Shown: positions 45,077-56,718 of the stretch, piece after piece
Layout of the letters: each line of letters opens with the position of its first letter
How positions within the stretch are numbered: the stretch's first letter is position 1
Source of the DNA: an uncultured delta proteobacterium
Lineage (GTDB): Bacteria > Desulfobacterota > Binatia > UBA9968
DNA: 64,000 nt
Reading direction: 5' to 3'
NCBI GenBank assembly: GCA_963847445.1
Contig: CAWJZV010000007.1
Coordinates: forward strand, 299,593 to 363,592
Position numbers and translations under genes: made by a program
Notes under the pieces: model-generated
Told to the model about the DNA's origin: nothing
The model's input: the letters and a program-made list of their open reading frames with translations, nothing else
Databases searched by the model: none

Positions 45077-47791
45077 ATGGCCGTAAAAAACCGTCTCACC
45101 TACTCATTTAACTCTGGTAAAGCTGAGGGCAACGCGCGGATGCGCGAGGTCCTTGGTGGTAAAGGCGCCGGGCTCCATGAAATGACGCGCATCGGTATCC
45201 CAGTACCGCCAGGCTTTACGATTCCAACGTCTGTGTGCAGCTATTTTTATGCCCATCGTCGGCACTATCCAAAGGGGTTTGAAAAAGCCGTCGTCAATGC
45301 CCTAAGCAAAATTGAAAAAACCCTCGCTCGACGATTTGGTGATCCAGCGAATCCGCTGTTACTTTCGGTGCGTTCAGGGGCGCGCGAATCCATGCCCGGT
45401 ATGATGGATACGGTGCTCAATCTAGGGCTCAATGACGGTACCGTGGAAGGATTAGCGGTGCACTCGCGGAATCGACGTTTCGCTTACGATTCCTATCGGC
45501 GCTTTGTCCAGATGTATGCGGATGTGGTGATGGGAATAAAATCTAATGACAAAGATGCCGTCGACCCTTTAACGCAAATTCTTGAAAGCAAGAAAACTCG
45601 TCGTGGCATTCGCAATGACACGGAGCTGTCGGCCGATGATTTACGCGAGCTGGTGAGCGAGTACAAACGCGAGATCGAATCAAGGCTTGGCAAGGAGTTT
45701 CCCGAAGATCCCTATGAGCAACTGTGGGGCGCCATTGGCGCGGTGTTCGGCTCGTGGAACAACGATCGGGCCATTGCCTATCGCGAACTATACCGTATCC
45801 CACATCATTGGGGCACTGCGATCAACGTGCAGGCGATGGTGTTCGGCAACCACGGCGACGACTGCGCGACCGGCGTAACCTTTACCCGCAACCCCGCGAA
45901 CGGACAAAAAAGCTTCTACGGCGAGTTTCTGGTCAACGCCCAGGGCGAAGATGTCGTCGCTGGCATACGCACACCCAGACCGATAGCGGATCTCAGACAG
46001 GTTATGCCCAGGGCTTTCGGGGCGCTACGGCGCATTTGCCAGCGTCTCGAAAGACATTTTCGCGACGTGCAGGACATCGAGTTTACCATTGAAAACGAGA
46101 AGTTATGGCTGTTGCAAACCCGCACCGGAAAGCGTACCGGCTTCGCTGCACTGCGCATTGCCGTCGATATGGTCAGCGAACGGATCATCAGCGAGCGAGA
46201 AGCGTTACTACGGGTTGAACCGGATCAACTCAATCAGCTGCTACGGCCGATCTTCGATCAGCAAGCTAAAGAGCGTGCACATCAGGAGAAACGTCTCCTC
46301 GGTCGCGGTTTGCCCGCCGGACCGGGGGCTGCTACCGGGCGGATCGTCTTTCATGCTGAGGATGCGGTGACGTGGAACCAACGCGGCGAGCGCGTTATCC
46401 TTTGCCGCGTTGAAACCAGCCCGGACGATATTCGCGGCATGGACGCAGCGCAGGGTGTGTTGACTGCAAGGGGAGGGATGACCTCTCACGCCGCGTTGGT
46501 CGCCCGCCAGATGGGTAAAGTCTGCATCGCCGGCTGCGAAGCTTTACAAATTAACTACGCGGCGCGCACGCTAGAGGTGGGGCAAACAGAGCTGCACGAG
46601 GGCGATTGGATTTCCATCGATGGTAACACCGGTGAAGTCTTCCACGGTGAGATTCAAACTCTACCTTCGGAGATTCTTCAGGTTCTTCTGACCCGTTCAC
46701 TGAACCCGCGGCAATCGAAAATCTACCAACATTTCACCAAACTCATGAAGTGGGCGGATCGAACTCGCAAGCTGGGTGTGCGAACCAATGCGGATCAGCC
46801 CGACCAAGCGGCCATTGCCAAGGCTTTTGGCAGCGAAGGCATTGGCTTATGTCGCACGGAACACATGTTTTTCCAGGGTGATCGGATCCAAGCTGTGCGC
46901 GAAATGATCCTTGCCGATGATGAGACAGGCCGGCGCCGCGCGTTAGCAAAGCTGCTACCCATGCAGCGGCAAGATTTTAAAAGTATTCTTAACATCATGG
47001 GTAATCTGCCAGTGACCATTCGCACTCTTGACCCGCCGCTCCATGAGTTCTTGCCCAAGACCGACGCAGAAATCCGGGAGCTTGCTCAAGTTATGGGCGT
47101 TGACTTGGAGACTCTGCGTAATAAGGTCAATGTGCTCCAAGAATTCAATCCGATGTTGGGCCACCGGGGTTGCCGCTTGGGCATATCTTATCCCGAGATT
47201 ACCGAAATGCAGGCACAAGCGATATTTGAAGCAGCCTGTGAACTACGGCGAGAAGGCCAGAATCCATTCCCGGAAGTCATGATTCCCCTGGTCAGCTCGC
47301 GCCAAGAGCTGCATGAACAGCGGGTCATCGTCGACAGAGTCGCCAAACAGACGATGCAAACCTTTGGCGTCAGGGTACACTATTCGATCGGCACTATGAT
47401 CGAATTGCCGCGCGCCTGCATGGTTGCCGATGAAATTGCTGAAGAAGCGGAGTTCTTTTCTTTTGGTACCAATGATTTAACCCAAACTTGCTTAGGCCTA
47501 TCACGCGACGATGCCGGCAAGTTCCTACCCAGCTACGTTCTTCAAGGTCTGCTACCTGACGATCCATTTGTCAGCATCGATCGGGACGGTGTCGGTGCGC
47601 TCATGCGCATTGCTATCGCCAAAGGCCGCCAGCGCCGCAAGGGATTAGAAATGGGTATTTGCGGTGAGCATGGTGGAGAACCGCGTTCAATCGAATTCTG
47701 TCACCAGATCGGTTTGGATTACGTCAGTTGCTCGCCGTATCGCGTGGCGATCGCCAAATTAGCGGCTGCTCAGGCTGCGTTGCGTAAATAA
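45077..47791 (+). CDS. ppdK: Pyruvate phosphate dikinase
   Basis: LGGKG, SMPGMMDT, GGMTSHAA, GLCRTEHMF, FSFGTNDLTQ, GICGEHGG. Confidence 0.98.
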   Translation: MAVKNRLTYSFNSGKAEGNARMREVLGGKGAGLHEMTRIGIPVPPGFTIPTSVCSYFYAHRRHYPKGFEKAVVNALSKIEKTLARRFGDPANPLLLSVRSGARESMPGMMDTVLNLGLNDGTVEGLAVHSRNRRFAYDSYRRFVQMYADVVMGIKSNDKDAVDPLTQILESKKTRRGIRNDTELSADDLRELVSEYKREIESRLGKEFPEDPYEQLWGAIGAVFGSWNNDRAIAYRELYRIPHHWGTAINVQAMVFGNHGDDCATGVTFTRNPANGQKSFYGEFLVNAQGEDVVAGIRTPRPIADLRQVMPRAFGALRRICQRLERHFRDVQDIEFTIENEKLWLLQTRTGKRTGFAALRIAVDMVSERIISEREALLRVEPDQLNQLLRPIFDQQAKERAHQEKRLLGRGLPAGPGAATGRIVFHAEDAVTWNQRGERVILCRVETSPDDIRGMDAAQGVLTARGGMTSHAALVARQMGKVCIAGCEALQINYAARTLEVGQTELHEGDWISIDGNTGEVFHGEIQTLPSEILQVLLTRSLNPRQSKIYQHFTKLMKWADRTRKLGVRTNADQPDQAAIAKAFGSEGIGLCRTEHMFFQGDRIQAVREMILADDETGRRRALAKLLPMQRQDFKSILNIMGNLPVTIRTLDPPLHEFLPKTDAEIRELAQVMGVDLETLRNKVNVLQEFNPMLGHRGCRLGISYPEITEMQAQAIFEAACELRREGQNPFPEVMIPLVSSRQELHEQRVIVDRVAKQTMQTFGVRVHYSIGTMIELPRACMVADEIAEEAEFFSFGTNDLTQTCLGLSRDDAGKFLPSYVLQGLLPDDPFVSIDRDGVGALMRIAIAKGRQRRKGLEMGICGEHGGEPRSIEFCHQIGLDYVSCSPYRVAIAKLAAAQAALRK

Positions 47792-47921
47792 TTTACTATT
47801 GATCAATAACTTATATGTCCGGCGTCGACTCTAAGACTGTAATCTTATTGGCATGAGGCTGTACATTTAATTGACAGAAATTTGGGGATCAACGATAATT
47901 TGGTACTCAGCTTACCAAATT

Positions 47922-49649
47922 ATGGAACCACGAATTGCGGAACTTCTCGTTAAAGGCGGCATTGTCTCCCGCGAACAACTTTCTGAAGCGCAAAAAGGAG
48001 AGAAGGAAAACAACTCCACCATCGCCAAGGAAATCGTTCGATTAGGCTTGACTACCGAAGACACTCTCGCAGAATTTTTGGCCAAGCAATTTGGTATCGA
48101 GTGCGTTGAACTGGTCCCGGCTGACATCGACGACTCAGTCTTTTCCGTAGTACCCCCGCAGATTGTTCAAAAGCACCAGCTCATTCCCTACAAGCTGATC
48201 GGCTCTACTTTAACCGTTGCCATCGCGGACCCGACCGATCTAGTCGCCATCAACGAGGTCAAGTTCGTCACGGGTTACGGTGTCCGGGCCGTGATAGCCA
48301 CCCCCACTGGAATAAGGAAGGTTATCGAGCATCGTTTTGGCGGAGTGAGCTACGACGATGTGCTAAAAAAATTCGGCGACGGCGAGATGGAAGTCGTCCA
48401 AGAAAACGATGACGTCAATCTGCAAGAGCTGCAGCAAGCCACCATGGACGCACCGGTGGTCACACTGGTCAATGCGATCTTGGCGGATGCCGCCAAACGC
48501 CGCTGCAGCGACATTCATATCGAGCCCTACGAGAAAGTGTTTCGGGTTCGTTTCCGTATTGACGGTGTGCTTCAGGAAATAATGAGTCCACCGTTACGGC
48601 TCAAGAATGCCTTGGTATCCCGTCTGAAAGTCATGGCGGGACTCGACATCGCCGAGCGCCGTTTGACCCAAGACGGCCGCATCAAGCTAAAGATGGGTAC
48701 GGGCGGCGAGTTGGATATACGCGTATCGATTTTGCCCACTCTGTTTGGCGAGAAAGTCGTGATGCGCTTGTTGGACAAGTCCAACCTGCAGCTTGACATG
48801 GCCAAGCTCGGCTTCGATCCGCAAAATTTAAAAGACTTTCAAGATGCAATTCATAAGCCTTACGGCATGATCCTGATCACCGGACCAACCGGAAGCGGTA
48901 AATCGACAACGCTTTACTCTGCTTTGTCTGAACTCAACAAACCGGACGTGAACATTTCCACCGCGGAAGATCCCGTCGAGTACAATCTGATGGGCATCAA
49001 TCAAGTACAAGTCCGAGAGCAGATCGGGCTAAATTTCGCCGCGGCGTTACGATCGTTCCTCCGCCAAGACCCGGATATTCTCATGGTCGGTGAAATTCGC
49101 GATATTGAAACGGCGCAGATCGCCATTAAAGCCGCGCTTACGGGCCATCTGGTTTTGAGTACGCTGCATACCAACGATTGTCCAGCGACGGTCGATCGGC
49201 TGATCAATATGGGCGTAGAAACATTTCTTTTGACTTCTTCGATAAATCTTATTTTAGCACAGCGATTGGTTCGAAAGATCTGCGATAAGTGCAAAGAGCC
49301 GATCGAGATCAAGCCCGAGGTTTTGATTAATTTGGGCGTCGATGCCGCCGATATCGGCACGGGCTTTCCAACCTTTCACGGTAGGGGCTGTATGAACTGC
49401 GCCGGCACTGGATACCGCGGTCGCTTAGCCGTTTACGAAGTGATGGTGATGCACGAAGCGCTCAAGGAGCTAATCATAAAAGGCGTCTCGTCGATGGAGC
49501 TCAAACGCGAAGCGGTAAAGCTTGGCATGAGCACTCTACGCATGAGTGCGTTACAGAAAGTTCGCGACGGTTTTACCACTGTAGATGAAACTATTCGTGT
49601 AACCGATACGGATAAAGGGTTTGGCTCGGTGTTCTCGCTGGGGTTTTAA
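47922..49649 (+). CDS. pilB: Type IV pilus assembly ATPase PilB
   Basis: SDIHIEP, GPTGSGKSTT, EDPVEY, LRQDPD, GHLVLSTLHTN, tetracysteine motif. Confidence 0.96.
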   Translation: MEPRIAELLVKGGIVSREQLSEAQKGEKENNSTIAKEIVRLGLTTEDTLAEFLAKQFGIECVELVPADIDDSVFSVVPPQIVQKHQLIPYKLIGSTLTVAIADPTDLVAINEVKFVTGYGVRAVIATPTGIRKVIEHRFGGVSYDDVLKKFGDGEMEVVQENDDVNLQELQQATMDAPVVTLVNAILADAAKRRCSDIHIEPYEKVFRVRFRIDGVLQEIMSPPLRLKNALVSRLKVMAGLDIAERRLTQDGRIKLKMGTGGELDIRVSILPTLFGEKVVMRLLDKSNLQLDMAKLGFDPQNLKDFQDAIHKPYGMILITGPTGSGKSTTLYSALSELNKPDVNISTAEDPVEYNLMGINQVQVREQIGLNFAAALRSFLRQDPDILMVGEIRDIETAQIAIKAALTGHLVLSTLHTNDCPATVDRLINMGVETFLLTSSINLILAQRLVRKICDKCKEPIEIKPEVLINLGVDAADIGTGFPTFHGRGCMNCAGTGYRGRLAVYEVMVMHEALKELIIKGVSSMELKREAVKLGMSTLRMSALQKVRDGFTTVDETIRVTDTDKGFGSVFSLGF

Positions 49650-49730
49650 GTCGGCATGACCAATGATTTCCGCTAGGCATTCTGAGATAGGATGCAATTG
49701 CATTTGATAACAGTCGGGACGAATGGACTT

Positions 49731-50957
49731 ATGGCTATATTTGTTTGGGAAGGGCGAACCGCGCAGGGGCGAATCGTTAAAGGCGACACGCTCGAAGCGC
49801 CGAATCTCGAAGCCGCATTAGCGCGCCTGCGCGAGCAACGGATACGGCCCATTGCCAACAAGGTCCGGGAAAAGGGTGCAGGGCTTGATAAAGAATTAAA
49901 TATCCCCGGCTTTGGCCCCACTGTCTCGACAAAAGAAGTCTCCGTGGCCACTCGTCAGTTGGCGACGATGATCGATGCCGGCCTGCCGATTGTGCAATGC
50001 CTCGAGATTCTTGGTGAACAGTCCGAGAACAAGTTGCTGCGCACTACCATTAACACGATACGCCGGGACGTCGAGGGTGGCTGTACACTTGCAGACGCGT
50101 TACGGAAGCATCCGAAGATCTTCGATGACCTTTACGTTAACATGGTGGAAGCAGGAGAAGCCGGAGGTATTCTAAACACCATTCTCAATCGAATCGCTCT
50201 GTTCATTGAGAAAGCGAGCAGGTTAAAAAAGAAGGTCAAAGGAGCCATGATCTATCCCGTCGCCATCGTCATGGTGGCGATCATTGTTGTCGCCGTGTTG
50301 ATGATTTTTGTCATCCCAGTCTTCGCCGAACTCTACGGTAGCATGGGAAAGGCTCTGCCGGCGCCGACTCAGATTTGTATCAACATCAGTAACGTTTTCG
50401 TCGCCTATTGGTGGCTTATGTTGGCGAGCGGGATCGGCGTCGTAATGGCCATAAAGTTCTATTACAAGACACCTCATGGGCACATGAACATTGACCGGTT
50501 ACTTCTGCGGCTGCCGGTGATTGGCGACTTACTTAGAAAGGTTGCCGTAGCGCGGTTTACCCAGAATATGGCGCTCTTGTTGAGCTCTGGTGTACCTATC
50601 CTAGACGGGTTGGCGATTACCGCCAGAACCGCTGGTAACAAAGTTGTTGAGAAAGCCATTATGGAGAGCCGAGTGAGTATCAGTAAAGGTAATACCGTGG
50701 CGCAGCCGTTACGGGAAAGTAAAATATTTCCACCGCTGGTTTGCCAGATGGTAGCTGTCGGCGAAAGCACCGGTGGGCTTGACGGCATGCTCCGGAAAGT
50801 CGCGGAGTTGTATGAAGAAGAGGTCGATGACGCAGTCAACAATTTAACCGCGATGATGGAACCGGCGATCATGGTGGTGTTAGGCGTAATCCTCGGTGGC
50901 TTGGTCGTAGCCATGTATCTGCCCATCTTTCAAATGGGTTCATTGGTTGGCAACTAA
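49731..50957 (+). CDS. pilC: Type IV pilus platform protein PilC
   Basis: TRQLATMIDAGLP, AGEAGG.L, KVKGAMIYP, MYLPIF. Confidence 0.95.
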   Translation: MAIFVWEGRTAQGRIVKGDTLEAPNLEAALARLREQRIRPIANKVREKGAGLDKELNIPGFGPTVSTKEVSVATRQLATMIDAGLPIVQCLEILGEQSENKLLRTTINTIRRDVEGGCTLADALRKHPKIFDDLYVNMVEAGEAGGILNTILNRIALFIEKASRLKKKVKGAMIYPVAIVMVAIIVVAVLMIFVIPVFAELYGSMGKALPAPTQICINISNVFVAYWWLMLASGIGVVMAIKFYYKTPHGHMNIDRLLLRLPVIGDLLRKVAVARFTQNMALLLSSGVPILDGLAITARTAGNKVVEKAIMESRVSISKGNTVAQPLRESKIFPPLVCQMVAVGESTGGLDGMLRKVAELYEEEVDDAVNNLTAMMEPAIMVVLGVILGGLVVAMYLPIFQMGSLVGN

Positions 50958-51008
50958 CAGGATGACAGGTAGTTCACATTAATGTGATGCGACCGAGGTA
51001 AACTGAGC

Positions 51009-53060
<2,052 letters not shown>

Positions 53061-53252
53061 CAAAATTTGTCAAACCTCCAGTTGGCATATTCCGTAAACT
53101 TGAATCTCCCCCGTTTGTATCACCTTACTAGAAATTTGTTGCCTGTCTGAATCGATTTCTAACCTATTGAATTAACGTAGTTTTAAGCACTATGAATTAA
53201 TTTGTCGTTGACATTATTGCCGATTCTACCACTCAACTCTCCTACCAAAGTT

Positions 53253-53267
53253 TGGCCCTGCAATTGC
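53253..53267 (+). promoter_or_regulatory. Sigma54 promoter of pilA
   Basis: TGGCCCTGCAATTGC = GG-N10-GC. Confidence 0.75.
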
Positions 53268-53408
53268 GTGTTGAGGTTTTAATGTTTGAGAATTCATAAC
53301 GCTTATTTTAAGGAGGTGACTATCGACAGTATAGAAACCCAATCCATGGAGTGTTTCCGAAAAGAAAAAAGCTTAGAAGTTGAAAAATCACGAAAAGGAG
53401 TGTTTGAG

Positions 53409-53798
53409 ATGAAGAAATTACGTTTGCAGAGTGAATCTGGTTTTACCTTAATCGAGCTGCTGGTGGTGGTCGCGATCATCGGTATTCTAGCGGCGATCGC
53501 CATACCTCAGTTCGCGGCTTACAGAAAGCGTGGTCATGAGGCACAGGTTAAGTCAGATTTGAGAAATGCTGCGGTCGCTCAAGAAGCCTACTTTGCGGCC
53601 AATTCAACTTATCTTGCTGCTACGATGGCGAGTGGTACCCCTCCTGGTTTTAATGCGACCACCGGTGTAACGGTTATTGCGGCCGTCGTTGCTAATAGCA
53701 ATGCCTTCACCCTGACCGCACAACATGCAAATTGCAGCACCAACACTTGGACGTTTTCTAGCTCAACCGGTCAGATCACCGGTGCCGCTTGTCCGTAA
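53409..53798 (+). CDS. pilA: Type IVa major pilin
   Basis: AAGGAG SD; MKKLRLQSESG|FTLIELLVVVAIIGILAAIAIPQF; C-terminal Cys pair; 118-aa mature protein. Confidence 0.93.
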   Translation: MKKLRLQSESGFTLIELLVVVAIIGILAAIAIPQFAAYRKRGHEAQVKSDLRNAAVAQEAYFAANSTYLAATMASGTPPGFNATTGVTVIAAVVANSNAFTLTAQHANCSTNTWTFSSSTGQITGAACP

Positions 53799-53824
53799 GC
53801 TGCTCGATTTTCGACCTGCCTATA

Positions 53825-53854
53825 AACAGGGGGGCTCAGCTGAGCCCCCCTGTT
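53825..53854 (+). terminator. Perfect 30-bp palindrome after pilA, probable terminator
   Basis: AACAGGGGGGCTCAG/CTGAGCCCCCCTGTT. Confidence 0.75.
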
Positions 53855-53907
53855 GCATTTCTTGCTTACTCAAGAACTGTGTGATTCACAACCGAATAGA
53901 CAGCTAA

Positions 53908-56287
53908 TTGATGCCTGTCAAATCATTACGCGTCGAGTTCCTTCCCTTGCTCCTGTTGGTGGTCTTCGTCGTAGGCTTTTGTCAGGATTTAGTTTTTTGG
54001 GGTGAAGTACCTTCTTATCGTGATTTGACCAATTACTTTTATCCGCTTCGTTACAGCCTGTACGAGAGCTACCGCGCCGGCGAATTACCGCTATGGGATC
54101 GACATTTCGCTCAAGGGTTTCCTAATCTTGCCGGCTTTCAATCGGCTGCGTTTTATCCTCCTCATTTGGTATTCTCCGTATTTTCATTTCTCCAAGCTAT
54201 ACGCGCGCTGTTTATTTTTCATTTTCTTATTGCCGCGATTGGCACTTATTGTCTTATGCGTAACTGGAACTATACTCGCGACTTGGCGATCGTTGGTGCC
54301 TTGCTGTTCACGATAGGTGGTGTAATTGTTTCGCTTACTAATCTGCTAAATCATTTTCAAACCGCAGTCTGGCTACCTTGGCTGATTTTGGTCTGGGAAC
54401 GCCTGTTGATTACTCCGCGCTGGAATTCATTTCTTTGCTTTGTGTTCGTCGCTGCGCTGCAGTTGCTTGCAGGCTCTCCGGAGCTGTATGCCATGAGTAT
54501 GAGCTTAGCGGTACTGCATGCTTTCTGGATTCGTGACTCACGGGCAGAAGTATCCTACGGCAGAATCGTCGGTCTCGTTGTGGCGGGTAACGTTGTCCTG
54601 CTAGCGGTCATCATGGCCCAAGCTCTACCGACTCTCGAACTACTTACACAATCACGAAGGGGCCTATCAATTCCTCAGTCTGAAGCGCTTATGTGGTCCT
54701 TCCAGCCATCAAGCCTCTTGAATCTGTTTTTTCTCGACAAGGAAATTGATCCCGAGATCTCGGCCGGGATGCGATTCTTCTTTACGCGGAAAGTTCCATT
54801 TCTACTCAGCAGCTACTTGGGAATAGCGGTGCTATTCGGAATTGCGCTTTGGTTTTACTACGGGGGTCGACGAGAAAAACTTATCTTGACGAGTCTTAGT
54901 TTAGGCACTTTAGCGCTGGCTTTGGGTAGCAACACGCTTCTTTATCCCTTTATACTTAAACATTTTCCGGTACTCACAGCCGTTCGTTTTCCGGAGAAAC
55001 TATTCTTTTTAACCAACGCTTTGCTGTTATTCATGGCGATGCGGGGATTGCAGGCTATTTCACTCGACCGAAACAAAACAAGTATGGGGCCACAAATTGT
55101 CATGGGCGTCATCTGCCTACTATGGGCAAGCGCATATATCATCGCAGTTGCTAAATCGGAGCTCGTATCAGACTTCATTGCGCTGGCAAGTGATATACCG
55201 CCGCTTTCAGAAGCTCATTCTCAAGCCACAGCCACGGTACTAGCTAACCTACAACGACAACTACTGCTCTCGCTAGCGCTGGCCTTTCTCTTGATTCTAA
55301 CGAAAACTCAGCATCTTAAGCCAAGTTGTTTGTTCAATCCTTCTTGTCTTGGTTGTCTTCGTTGATTTGACATGGGCGCATCGAAGCCTCCTGTTCTCCC
55401 TTCACCCAAGTAAAGTAAACGCGAGTCCATCGGTTCTGCAGCCATCAGAAAGCGGTTCAACAAGATTGTTTTTTTATCCTTCCCCCCAAGATCTTCACCC
55501 GGCGTTTTTCACCGTATGGGGGCGACCTACGTATGGAGATGCGGTAGCATTGTCATACCTAAATTATTTGCCAAATGTCGGTGTACTCAGCGGAATCGAA
55601 TATTTTCAGGAAATTGACGCGCTACTCCGCAGGCCTTATTCGGAATTTTTAACTGTCGCGAACAGCATGAAATTCGAGAATCAGATCAAGTTATTGCGCA
55701 CGTTTAATGTTGGACATATCGTAAGTTTTCGCGAGCTGCCAGAGCGGGGAGTGCGACTTATTCGTCGCTTTCCCGAGTATTTCTCGTGGCTCTACAAAGT
55801 GGATAATACGATACCGCGTGTCGTGATCGTGCCGAAGTATTCTGTAGCAAAAGATCCAGCCAATATCTTGCAACGCCTGGCATCTCCAGATTTTGATCCT
55901 GATAAAGAAGTAATTTTGAGTGAACCTGTGAAGCTCCGCCCATTAGCGATATTGAAAGCGCAGGCGAAGATCACGAGCTATGGGAATAGCCGGGTGACAA
56001 TTCAAGCGACGACTAATGAATCTGGCATTCTCGTACTCGCAGATTCTCATTACCCCGGATGGAAGGTCTATGTTGACGGTAACGAAACAACCCTCTTGAG
56101 GGCCAATCACTTTTACCGAGCCGTGGAAGTCTCGAAGGGTGATCATAGGGTGGAATTCATCTACGATCCCCTATCATTTAGAGTCGGTATGATAGTGTCA
56201 TCAACTACTCTTGTCATACTCGGATTTGTGTCAGTAATACTGTTTCTAAGACAATGCCCAAGCTGTGTATGGATCTCCCGCAGTTGA
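53908..56287 (+). CDS. YfhO-like polytopic membrane protein (GT-C glycosyltransferase-like); frameshift near 55335
   Basis: D...YFYP, GELPLW....QGFP......AFYP, RFPEK, C-terminal LVLADSHYPGWKVYVDG...RAN..YRAV....G.H.VEF.YDP. Confidence 0.8.
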
Positions 56288-56718
56288 ACTGGACATTGCC
56301 AAATTCTAAGCCGTATCTTTTGTTGTCGTTGGACTGAGATGACTATTGCAGTTCGTGCGAGCCGAAGAGCTGTCCTTGTAGTGCGTGTAGGCTTGTAATT
56401 AGGCTCGTTGTTCTGGTTTCTCGAGCTACAATCAAAAAGAGTGGAAATCACTAGTGTCCGGACGTTGAGCAGGTTGAAAGCTGTAATTGGCTGATTTGAA
56501 ATAGGTAACTCATGATTTTCCTTGGTCTCGATTTGAATTTTCGACGCTCTTTTCGCCACCCTGCGAGGAACTCACTCGCAGGAGGCGCGCATGAACCCAG
56601 GCCCGCTAGCCTCGGCGGTCACCCAAAACCGGCCATTAATGGTCACTTCAAAACCGGCCAACGGTAGAAGCGTTCGAGACATTGACAGCGCACGCGAAGC
56701 CTTTTAGGCTCGCGCGCC

